Positions 25,925-34,481 of a DNA stretch of 46,196 nucleotides are shown piece after piece. The position numbers and the translations under genes are program-made. The DNA is from an uncultured Clostridia bacterium (GTDB lineage Bacteria; Bacillota; Clostridia; Oscillospirales; CAG-272), in NCBI GenBank assembly GCA_904501715.1, contig CAJGCD010000002.1, forward strand, positions 1-46,196, written 5' to 3'. The notes under the pieces are model-generated. The model did not search any database. It was not told the origin of the DNA and worked only from the letters and a program-made list of their open reading frames with translations. How positions within the stretch are numbered: position 1 is the stretch's first letter; each line of letters begins with the position of its first letter.

Positions 25925-26020
25925 GCGTGTATTCCTCATCATTTTGCTTGTCTTCTCTATTGTATTATCATTATTATAACAGTATAATGAAATAAAATCA
26001 ACATTTTGGGAGGAAAATTT

Positions 26021-27952
26021 ATGAAATTCAGACCTGCGGCTGTTCCGCTTATTACAGTTGATCCTTTTTTCTCTATTTGGTCGTGCAATGACGCACTTTA
26101 CGCTTCCCCCACAGAACATTGGTCGGGCAGACCCTGTCCCATTGTTGCAGGTGTTTTTATTGACAATACATTTCATTCCGTAAGTGGCTTTGACATCGAC
26201 GGCAAGCTTTTCAAGAAACGTATTTATCAGAGAAGCGTGGAAATCACTCCCACAAGCTCTATATACAAATTTGAAAACGAGTGGGTAAAGCTTGAACTTA
26301 CCTTTACAACTCCCCTTCTTCTCGACCGTCTTGACATACTTTCACGTCCTGTAAGCTACGTTGCATACAAGATCGAGAAAAAGTGCGACAAGCCTATGAG
26401 ATTTATGTTCGGTATCAGCACACGTGCATGTGTTGATAAGAAAAGTCAAAGAGTTGAAATTAAGAAAAACGACTTCTCGCTTTCATGCGGCAACGTTTGC
26501 CAAAGCCCTCTTTCCCAGTCGGGCGACAACGTTATGATCGACTGGGGTTATCTCCATCTCTGCGACAAGGGTGCAAGAGTTGGCAGAATACTCGACCAGG
26601 AAAGAATAGAGATACTTCCCACGAACGATACGTATAACGGATATGACGACGGCGCATTCCTCTTTGCTATGAGAAACGAGCTTGAGGGTGTTGTTACTGT
26701 AGCTTACGACGAGATAAAGCCTATTGAGTATTTCGGTGACCAGCTTGATGAGTGCTATAAGGAGCATTTTGATAGCTTTGGCGATATGGTTAAGTCTGCT
26801 ATTCGCGAGTACCCCGAGATAAAGAGGCTTTGCGACGAATTTGATACCAAGCTCACCAAGGAGACCGAAAAGCTTGGAGAAAATTATAAGAACATTACCT
26901 CTCTTGCTTACCGTCAGGCAATTGCGGCTCATAAGCTTGTAAAGGATACCGAGGGCAACATACTCTTCCTTTCAAAAGAAGATGACTCCAACGGATGTAT
27001 CGCAACGCTTGACGTTACATACCCCTCAATTCCTCTCTTCCTTAAATACAATCCCGAGCTTGTAAAGGGGATGCTTCGTCCGATCATTAAGTTTGCTAAG
27101 TCGGATGCGTGGAAGTTTGATTTCACGCCTCACGATGCAGGTCAGTATCCTCTTTGCAACGGTCAGGTCTACGGGGTACAGGCACTCTTCTTGAGCGGCG
27201 GCGGAAACAGAGGAAACAGATTCTTCGGTGAGATCGAGCTTGAAAGACAGATGCCGGTTGAGGAAGCGGGTAATATGCTTCTTTGCCTTGCCGCTGTTAA
27301 GAAATATTCGGGCGGCGACCAGACCTTGTTTGACGAGAACAGGGCGCTTATGAAGCGGTGGGTCGACTATCTTGTTAACTTTGGCTACGATCCCTCCAAT
27401 CAGCTTTGTACCGATGACTTTGCGGGTCATCTCGCGCGCAACTGCAACTTAAGCCTTAAGGCAATTCTCGGAATCGCGGCGTATTCCGAGCTTTCGGGGG
27501 ATGCTTCCTACATGGAGATCGCCAAGAAATACGCAAAGCAGTGGGAGATGGATGCCAAGGCAGAACACGGCGGAACACGTCTTACCTTTGACGGAGCCGA
27601 GACCTGGAGCCTTAAGTATAACATTGTTTGGGATAATCTGCTTGGCTACAATATTTTCTCCGATGATGTAAAGATAAACGAGATAAAGATTTATATGTCC
27701 AAGATGAACCGCTACGGAGTCCCCCTTGATAGCCGTTCGGATTACACAAAGATCGACTGGCTTATGTGGTCAACCCGCATTTGGGATGACAAGGAATATT
27801 TCGATGCTGTTTGTCAGTCAATGATCAATATGATAAACGAAACTCTCGACCGCGTGCCTCTTACCGACTGGTACTATACAAGCACTGCTGACTACCGCGA
27901 ATGCAGAAACAGAAGCGTAGTAGGCGGATTATTTATCAAGCTTCTTGACTAA
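26021..27952 (+). CDS. glutaminase-A-like / DUF4965-DUF1793 family protein (putative glycoside hydrolase)
   Basis: ATG at 26021 follows a GGGAGGAAA SD. The N-terminal FRPAAVPLITVDPFFSIWS and the overall ~640 aa size match the bacterial DUF5127/DUF4965/DUF1793 architecture as I recall it. No signal peptide is visible. Confidence 0.6.
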   Translation: MKFRPAAVPLITVDPFFSIWSCNDALYASPTEHWSGRPCPIVAGVFIDNTFHSVSGFDIDGKLFKKRIYQRSVEITPTSSIYKFENEWVKLELTFTTPLLLDRLDILSRPVSYVAYKIEKKCDKPMRFMFGISTRACVDKKSQRVEIKKNDFSLSCGNVCQSPLSQSGDNVMIDWGYLHLCDKGARVGRILDQERIEILPTNDTYNGYDDGAFLFAMRNELEGVVTVAYDEIKPIEYFGDQLDECYKEHFDSFGDMVKSAIREYPEIKRLCDEFDTKLTKETEKLGENYKNITSLAYRQAIAAHKLVKDTEGNILFLSKEDDSNGCIATLDVTYPSIPLFLKYNPELVKGMLRPIIKFAKSDAWKFDFTPHDAGQYPLCNGQVYGVQALFLSGGGNRGNRFFGEIELERQMPVEEAGNMLLCLAAVKKYSGGDQTLFDENRALMKRWVDYLVNFGYDPSNQLCTDDFAGHLARNCNLSLKAILGIAAYSELSGDASYMEIAKKYAKQWEMDAKAEHGGTRLTFDGAETWSLKYNIVWDNLLGYNIFSDDVKINEIKIYMSKMNRYGVPLDSRSDYTKIDWLMWSTRIWDDKEYFDAVCQSMINMINETLDRVPLTDWYYTSTADYRECRNRSVVGGLFIKLLD

Positions 27953-27978
27953 TCGGCATTTATTGAGGTCAGAATATC

Positions 27979-28015
27979 AAAAAAATACCGAGAACACAGT
28001 TCTCGGTATTTTTTA
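27979..28015 (+). terminator. rho-independent terminator
   Basis: AATACCGAGAAC / GTTCTCGGTATT stem followed by T6. Confidence 0.85.
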
Positions 28016-28016
28016 T

Positions 28017-28098
28017 CCAAGCCGCAGGCTTGGCATATCATCAGCCCTTCGGGCTGTATCTCGTCACGCGCCAGCGTATATCTTTCCTGCGGCTTTTT
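28017..28098 (+). other. structured GC-rich intergenic element (candidate small RNA, repeat or second terminator)
   Basis: The outer 10-bp stem pairs AAGCCGCAGG (28019-28) with CCTGCGGCTT (28086-95), followed by T-run. Inside is CAGCCCTTCGGGCTG (28042-56), a cUUCGg-type hairpin. An alternative local hairpin is CCAAGCCgcaGGCTTGG (28017-33). Confidence 0.5.
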
Positions 28099-28229
28099 GA
28101 TATACACGGCATTGTCGTGATCCAAGAATTACTTCCTTCTTTGCCCAACATTTTATTCTATCGATTGACAACCCCTCAAAGAATGATATAATAACGCCGA
28201 AAGAATTATTTCGTAAAGGAGCTTATCAA

Positions 28230-28850
28230 ATGATTAAAAACGTGGTTTTAGACATTGGGAACGTTATGGTCAGCTTCTACCCCGACCTCTACATATCTCA
28301 ATTTGTCTATCGCAAGGGCGAGATAGATTACTTCAACAAAATATGCTTCAACAGCGAGGAATGGAAGCAGGGTGACACGGGCGATGCCTCCCGCGTGGAC
28401 ATCATCAACTCTATCTGCAAAAAATATCCCGAGGACGCCGAAAAAATCCACCAAATAATGGACAATTGCGACGAAATGCTCCGAGCTTCCGAGAAAAACA
28501 CAAGCCTTTTAAAAAAGCTTCATAACGCGGGTATCGGTGTGTACTTTCTCTCAAACACCAATCCCGAGGCATTTGACTATATGACCTCGCGCCACGAATT
28601 CTTTAAGTATATGGACGGAGGCATAGCCTCATATCAGGACGGACTGATAAAGCCCGGCAAGGATATATTCGAGCTGTTCCTAAGCAGATACGAAAAGCTT
28701 GCCGAGGATTGTGTGTTCGTAGACGACACTCCCGTCAACACCGAAGCCGCGGCAGCCGTGGGCTTTAACACTGTAATTCTGAAGAATATAGATGATCTTT
28801 CTATGGAGCTCTGCAAATTTCCCGAGCTTAATGCGATCATAAATCTGTAA
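28230..28850 (+). CDS. HAD-superfamily hydrolase (subfamily IA-like phosphatase)
   Basis: Motif I is VLDIGNV, motif II FLSNTN, motif IV VFVDDTPVN. AAGGAG SD. Confidence 0.75.
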   Translation: MIKNVVLDIGNVMVSFYPDLYISQFVYRKGEIDYFNKICFNSEEWKQGDTGDASRVDIINSICKKYPEDAEKIHQIMDNCDEMLRASEKNTSLLKKLHNAGIGVYFLSNTNPEAFDYMTSRHEFFKYMDGGIASYQDGLIKPGKDIFELFLSRYEKLAEDCVFVDDTPVNTEAAAAVGFNTVILKNIDDLSMELCKFPELNAIINL

Positions 28851-28861
28851 GGAGAATTTAT

Positions 28862-29683
28862 ATGGACTCTCTGTTTGACCTCTCAAAAAAGCACGTCCTT
28901 ATAACCGCACACGGCGGCTACAATGCGGGTATAATCACCTTTAACTCCCTTCTTGGCTTTGAGGCGGCAGTCAAAGCCGGGGCTGACATAATCGAGCTTG
29001 ACGTAGCACGCTCGGCAGAGGGCAAGCTCTACGTCTTTCACCCCGGTACCGAAAAGCGGATGCTCGGATATGACTGCGACATCACAAAAATGACCAACGC
29101 CGAGATAGACGCCCTGAGAAATCAGACCTCAGACCTTCCCGTTCCTACTCTCGACGACGTATTCGAAGCCTTTAAAAACCGTTGCTATATCAACACCGAC
29201 AAGGCATATTCCTGCTTTCCCGAGTTAGTAAAAGCGATCCGCCGCCACGGTATGGAGGAGCAGATAATTCTGAAGGGCAGCGCAGGCAATAAAGAAATAT
29301 ACGATATGACCGAGGAGCTTGCTCCCGATATTCCCTTTATGGCAGTATCCACCGACACCGACAACGCGCTTGAGGCGTGCCGCAACAGAAATATAAATTA
29401 TATAGGCAGTGAGGTGGTATTCGCCAAGGATAACGCCCCTGTTGCTCAGGACTCATATATCGAAATGATGCACAAAAACGGCAAGCTTATATGGGTCAAT
29501 CCTATTCTTTTTTGGCTTACCTGCCCCTTAGTGGGCGGTCACGATGACCACATCTCTCTGCTGGGAGAGCCTGATAAGGGCTGGGGCTGGCTGGCGGATA
29601 AGGGCTACGACATCCTACAGACCGACTGGGTCACCGATTGCATCTCATATTTAAAAAATTCCAACAAATATTACAAAGGCTAA
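28862..29683 (+). CDS. GDPD-like protein with divergent active-site residues
   Basis: The GDPD scaffold is ITAHGG...IIELDVARSAEGKLYVFHPG. HRG is replaced by HGG, PEN by FNS and HD by HP. Confidence 0.6.
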   Translation: MDSLFDLSKKHVLITAHGGYNAGIITFNSLLGFEAAVKAGADIIELDVARSAEGKLYVFHPGTEKRMLGYDCDITKMTNAEIDALRNQTSDLPVPTLDDVFEAFKNRCYINTDKAYSCFPELVKAIRRHGMEEQIILKGSAGNKEIYDMTEELAPDIPFMAVSTDTDNALEACRNRNINYIGSEVVFAKDNAPVAQDSYIEMMHKNGKLIWVNPILFWLTCPLVGGHDDHISLLGEPDKGWGWLADKGYDILQTDWVTDCISYLKNSNKYYKG

Positions 29684-29696
29684 AGGAGCTCTTATT

Positions 29697-31634
29697 ATGC
29701 TTAACTATTCAATAATGCGTCTTGACGCGGCGCACGTGGACGAGTACTGCGAGGATATCAGATACCAGATAGAAAACGGCATCTCCACAATGCCACTTTT
29801 CGCAATGACACTTACACCCGAGGGAGACCCCGCCATAGATAAGGCGTCTCTTCTGTGCGAGACCTACAAAAAATATAAATCAAAGCTGGACTCTATGGGA
29901 CTGCCCTCGGGCGTTCTTGTTCAAGCGTCCATAGGTCACGGCTGGAAGCTCAATCAGGAATCGGCGTTTCAAAAATACGTAGCTCTCTCAAACGGAGAGG
30001 AGCTTGCCATCTGCTGTCCCTACGACAAGGGCTTCAGAAAATACATCCGCGAGGCGGCGGCTACCATAGCCCGTGAAAAGCCCGACCATATAATGTTTGA
30101 CGACGACTTCCGTCTTATGGGCGACCGCCCCACCCTTGCCTGCGCCTGCCCCTTACATATGGCTGAATTCAACCGTCTCAGCGGCGAGAGCTTCACTCGC
30201 GAGGAGCTTATTGAAGCCTTTAAAAGGAACGATGAAAAATCCAAGCTTTACAGAGAAATATTCGTAAGAACACAGATAGACTCGCTTATAGAATGCTCAA
30301 AGGAAATGAGAGCGGGAATAGACTCGGTTGACCCCTCGCTCCCCGGCTCATTCTGCGCCTGCGGCGACGGAACAGAGGGCGCCTACGAGATAGCCTCTAT
30401 ACTTGCGGGAAAGGGTAACCCCATAGTTCTGCGTCTGCACAACGGAAACTACTGCAAGGCAGACCCCAGAAACTTCATTCACGCTATCCACAGAGCGGCA
30501 ACAGAAATATCTACTCTGCGCGGAAGACCCGACGTGCTCCTGGCAGAGACCGACACCTGCCCACAGAACAGATATTCCACCCCTGCCTCCCGTCTGCACT
30601 CTCAATTCACCTTCGCTATTCTTGAGGGCGCAAGGGGAGCTAAGCACTGGATAACCAGAGGCATATTCGAGCCCAAGAGCGGTGTGGCATACAGAAAGAA
30701 GCTTGCAAAGTACAGCGGCTTTTACAACGAGCTTGCGGCTATAAACGGCAATCTTACGTGGCTTGGCTGTAAGATACCCGTATCACCCCGTCCCTTTTAC
30801 CCGCTCGTCGAGGGAGAAACCGAGCTCTCCAAAAACGACGGCTGGTGCGCTCACGTGCTTGACCGCTTCGGTCTGCCCATACACTTTTCCAATAGCGGCA
30901 AGGGAGTTTGCTTCTTTGACGGAACACGCGAGCGTGACTTTACCGACGAGGAGCTTCTCGAAATGCTTAGCGGCGGTATGATTCTTGACGCCGTTGCCGC
31001 AGAAAGATTTATAGCCCGCGGCTTTGGCAAATATCTGGGAGTTGACCTCAGACGCAGGGCTGCAAACGAGCCTAACGCGAGCGGAGAGATCTACTACCCT
31101 GCGGGGCAAAGCTCAGCTCAGCAAAACGTGCGTGAGATAATCCCGATTTGCGACGGTGTAAAACGCTATTCCGACGTATATCATCTCCGTGACGGAAAAT
31201 ATACGGACATTCTCTTCCCCGCCGTTACCTCCTACAAAAATGAGCTTGGCGGAACAGCGGTAGTATTTGGTGGAGAGTCAACCTTTGAATACGACATCGT
31301 TCACGCCTTCGGCTTCCTTACCGAGGCGAGAAAAAATCAGCTCGTGCAGATACTGACAGACCTTGACGCTCTACCCGTATATTATCCCGAGGACGCCGAG
31401 GTGCTTATGAAGGCAGCGGAGATGGAGGACGGCAGAATGCTCTGCGCTGTGCTTAATATGACACTTGATATGCTTCCCGACTTCCCGCTGGTTATCCGCA
31501 AGGACGTCAAGAGCATTAAACGTCTGTGCGCCGACGGAAGCTATGAAAGCGTTGCGTTTACAAAGAACGGCGACCTTTACACACTCGACCTGACGGTAGG
31601 AATATTCGATCCGTTGATACTTATATTAGAATAA
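29697..31634 (+). CDS. hypothetical protein, 645 aa, no motif recognised
   Basis: AAGGAG SD lies 13 nt after the upstream stop, suggesting an operon with the HAD and GDPD-like genes. No signal peptide or TM segment is visible. Confidence 0.6.
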   Translation: MLNYSIMRLDAAHVDEYCEDIRYQIENGISTMPLFAMTLTPEGDPAIDKASLLCETYKKYKSKLDSMGLPSGVLVQASIGHGWKLNQESAFQKYVALSNGEELAICCPYDKGFRKYIREAAATIAREKPDHIMFDDDFRLMGDRPTLACACPLHMAEFNRLSGESFTREELIEAFKRNDEKSKLYREIFVRTQIDSLIECSKEMRAGIDSVDPSLPGSFCACGDGTEGAYEIASILAGKGNPIVLRLHNGNYCKADPRNFIHAIHRAATEISTLRGRPDVLLAETDTCPQNRYSTPASRLHSQFTFAILEGARGAKHWITRGIFEPKSGVAYRKKLAKYSGFYNELAAINGNLTWLGCKIPVSPRPFYPLVEGETELSKNDGWCAHVLDRFGLPIHFSNSGKGVCFFDGTRERDFTDEELLEMLSGGMILDAVAAERFIARGFGKYLGVDLRRRAANEPNASGEIYYPAGQSSAQQNVREIIPICDGVKRYSDVYHLRDGKYTDILFPAVTSYKNELGGTAVVFGGESTFEYDIVHAFGFLTEARKNQLVQILTDLDALPVYYPEDAEVLMKAAEMEDGRMLCAVLNMTLDMLPDFPLVIRKDVKSIKRLCADGSYESVAFTKNGDLYTLDLTVGIFDPLILILE

Positions 31635-31673
31635 AAAATTGGGGGCGAAGGAAATCCTTCGCCCCCAATTTTC
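31634..31673. terminator. bidirectional terminator between convergent genes
   Basis: AATTGGGGGCGAAGG / CCTTCGCCCCCAATT stem flanked by A6 and T4. Confidence 0.85.
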
Positions 31674-31674
31674 A

Positions 31675-33066
31675 TTAAATATTATACTCTTTAAGATATT
31701 CCTTGGTATTCTCAAGCATTTCGTTATAAAGCTTTCTCGCGTCGTCAAAGCCTAAGGTGACCAGCGGGTCGTTAAGGAAGGCTGTGAAGGCAAGCTCGGT
31801 ATCGCGTGTGAGCGCCGCTTCAACTACCGTCTCCTGCTCAGCAACGATACGTGAGATAAGTCCGTATATCTCGGTAGGAACAGGTCCCGCCATTACGGGC
31901 TTTATTCCGTCAGCGCTGAATACCGCATTGGTCTCAACCACCACACCAAGAGGAAGATTGGGTATCTGTCCTACGTTGGGAAGGTTTACGTTGGTTACCA
32001 TAGTATGAAGTCCGAGGAGCGCTCTCATCTGATTTACTCCGTCCTCGCCCGTTGCTCCCAGCTTTATCTTCTCTTCTCCGCTTCTCTTTCTGCGGCTTGC
32101 CTCAAGCCTGTTTGCAAGATCCTGCTTACGCCACGAAACGGGGGTAAGTCCAAAGCCCCAGCTTCTTGCAGCCTCGGGCGAAGAAAGATACCATTTGCCC
32201 TCACAAAACTCCGCAAGATGTCTGTCGCCTGCGGCTGCGATATATCCGTATCTGCGGAACAGGTCGAATTTTACCTTCTGACAGCAGTCAAATACGTTGT
32301 TCATCCAGTTATCATCCTTGCCCTTGGTAAATCCGCTCTCTGCGTATTTGTCGGCAAATTCACGGTATACGGGGAAAAGGTCTATATTCTTATAGTGTGC
32401 CGAGGTCAACCACGTAAAGTGGTTGACACCTGTAACGTTGACCTTTATCTCATCTCTCGTTACGTCCTTGATACCAAGAGAATCCTCAAGCATTGCCTTC
32501 AGCACTCTCTGTGTTCCGAAAACCTCGTGACAGCATCCAAACGCCTTTATTTCGGGGAAAACTCTGTAAAGAGTACGGGTTATCATTGTCATAGGGTTAG
32601 TATAGTTTATAACGTAAGCGTTAGGGCAATGCTCCTTTATGCCCTCTGCTATGACCTCTATCATAGGGAGAGTGCGAAGCGCTCTTACTATACCGCCGGG
32701 GCCGCTGGTGTCGCCCACCGACTGGTATATACCGTATTTTTCGGGAGTATGCACGTCACTCGCCATCTCGTCAAAGGTTCCTGGGAGTATGGATATAACA
32801 ACGAAATCCGCTCCGTCAAGAGCCTCGCCCAGAGTTTCGGTAGCCACGTAATTCCACTTTGATACCGCGCCCTCTACGTCATTATACATATTTCCTATTA
32901 TCTCGTTGTGCTTAGCCGCCTCAAGGTCTATGTCGTAAAGTGCCACCGTACCGCTCATATCGGGAGCCGACGCAAGGTCACTCATAAGTCCCCACGCCCA
33001 TCCTCTTGAGCCTCCGCCCACGTAAGCTATCCTTACTTCTTCTATTCTGTTTTCAACGCGTTTCAT
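31675..33066 (-). CDS. glycoside hydrolase family 4 (NAD/Mn-dependent alpha-glycosidase; LplD/alpha-galacturonidase-like)
   Basis: Motifs are IAYVGGGSRGWA (Rossmann), INYTNPM and GCCHEV. Length is 463 aa. Confidence 0.85.
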   Translation of the reverse strand: MKRVENRIEEVRIAYVGGGSRGWAWGLMSDLASAPDMSGTVALYDIDLEAAKHNEIIGNMYNDVEGAVSKWNYVATETLGEALDGADFVVISILPGTFDEMASDVHTPEKYGIYQSVGDTSGPGGIVRALRTLPMIEVIAEGIKEHCPNAYVINYTNPMTMITRTLYRVFPEIKAFGCCHEVFGTQRVLKAMLEDSLGIKDVTRDEIKVNVTGVNHFTWLTSAHYKNIDLFPVYREFADKYAESGFTKGKDDNWMNNVFDCCQKVKFDLFRRYGYIAAAGDRHLAEFCEGKWYLSSPEAARSWGFGLTPVSWRKQDLANRLEASRRKRSGEEKIKLGATGEDGVNQMRALLGLHTMVTNVNLPNVGQIPNLPLGVVVETNAVFSADGIKPVMAGPVPTEIYGLISRIVAEQETVVEAALTRDTELAFTAFLNDPLVTLGFDDARKLYNEMLENTKEYLKEYNI

Positions 33067-33215
33067 ATTTAGAGCCTCCTTGTATAAGCTTTATGCTACC
33101 ATTATATATCAAAATAACACTGCTTTCCTTAATATATTTGATAAATTCCAAATATTTTCTTGATTTTTTTGATACAGTATGCTATACTTTATAAAAATAT
33201 CTGCGGGAGGTAAAA

Positions 33216-34016
33216 ATGTCTGCGCCGCAAAAATACCCCGAAAAATATTTTCGTTTTGAAACCGATATAAACGCAAAGCCCATAGTGGGACAACGGCATT
33301 ATCACAACGCCTTTGAAATATATTACCTTGAAAAGGGCGAGTGCCACTACTTTATACATAACAAGAGCTATGAGGTAAAGGATGGCGACCTCATACTTAT
33401 CCCCGAGGGAGTGATACACCATACTACCTACCGAGAGGGCATACACAGCCGAAAGCTGCTATACTGCTCCCAAGCCTTTATTCCCTCCTCTGTCGCAGGC
33501 AGGCTCTCATCACTTATCTATCTTTACAGAAACGATAGGGCAGCAAATGAAATAAAGACGATTTTCGCGGATATAGAGCGGGAATATTCCAGCCCCGACG
33601 TATTTTCTCAGGGAATAGTCGCCGCCAAGGTAGAGCTTCTCTTTTTCCTTCTGGCGCGGAATGAAAACCAATGCCCAAGGATAAGCGAAGGCAATGCCTA
33701 CGTAAGTGCCGCGGTAGAATATATACGCAAGAATTTCTCGGGCGAAATAAGTCTTTCCGACGTAGCGCGTCACGTATCCGTAAGCCCCGAGCATCTTTCG
33801 CGCATCTTCAAAAAGGAGACGGGCTTTGGCTTTTCCGAGTATCTGACTCTGGTGCGTCTGCAAAAGGCAGAGGAGCTTCTGCGAAACGACAAAGCGCTTT
33901 CCATCGCGGAAATAGCCTACCGTTGCGGCTTTAATGACAGCAATTATTTTTGCGAAAAATTCAAGAGAAGCTACGGCGTGCCTCCGCTCAAATACAGAAA
34001 GTCCTACGCAGTATAG
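33216..34016 (+). CDS. AraC family transcriptional regulator (cupin + HTH)
   Basis: GGGAGG SD. An N-terminal cupin (HYHNAFEIYYLEKGE) precedes a C-terminal HTH (IAEIAYRCGFNDSNYFCEKFKRSYGVPPLKYR). It is divergent from the GH4 gene. Confidence 0.85.
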   Translation: MSAPQKYPEKYFRFETDINAKPIVGQRHYHNAFEIYYLEKGECHYFIHNKSYEVKDGDLILIPEGVIHHTTYREGIHSRKLLYCSQAFIPSSVAGRLSSLIYLYRNDRAANEIKTIFADIEREYSSPDVFSQGIVAAKVELLFFLLARNENQCPRISEGNAYVSAAVEYIRKNFSGEISLSDVARHVSVSPEHLSRIFKKETGFGFSEYLTLVRLQKAEELLRNDKALSIAEIAYRCGFNDSNYFCEKFKRSYGVPPLKYRKSYAV

Positions 34017-34084
34017 AAATTTAAATCGACCTAAATATATCAAAAAGGAGATAAAACCCATAAACTAAAATATCATTCTAAGTA

Positions 34085-34442
34085 GCGCCGCAAGGACCGC
34101 CGTACCGTACCGCGGGAGCTACTCAAGCTCTTATGTTGGCTATGGTAGCACTTGTAAACCCCAAGACGAGGTAATACTGCAAGGTCCAAACCGTCCCGAC
34201 TACAAAGGTCAGATAGATATGGTCAACGCCAAGGCTGTTTACGCAAAGATAGATGAGAGCAACGGCTTTAAAATGACTGCCGACGTCATTGAACCGCTCA
34301 TTACCGAAAAAACAAAGCTGATAATCATCAATTCTCCCTCAAACCCTACGGAGAGGGATATATGAGAATTTGCTACGCTTCGGAATACGAGCGCTTGGCA
34401 GAAGCTTTGGAACGCATGAAAAAAGCCTTCGGGACAAAATAA
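34085..34442 (+). pseudogene. relic of a class I/II (aspartate-type) aminotransferase gene
   Basis: Fragments read GATQALMLAMVALVNP, then (after a frameshift) DEVILQGPN..DY...AKAVY...ENGFKMT....ITEKTKLIIINSPSNPT. This joins directly to ..YMRICYASEYERLAEALERMKKAF-stop. The N-terminus and ~200 internal codons are missing. Confidence 0.7.
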
Positions 34443-34479
34443 AAAACGAACGGGTGACCTGCGGTCACCCGTTATTTTA
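34443..34479. terminator. bidirectional terminator
   Basis: AACGGGTGACC / GGTCACCCGTT stem with loop tgc, flanked by A6 and T4. Confidence 0.8.
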
Positions 34480-34481
34480 CT

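Noticed and set aside
25925-26176. N-terminal 84-aa extension of the AraC ORF (the ORF track starts at 26176).
   Set aside because: The extension overlaps the start of the divergent hydrolase gene and its promoter region. It is Asn/Lys/Cys-rich junk, and a good SD precedes the internal ATG at 25924.
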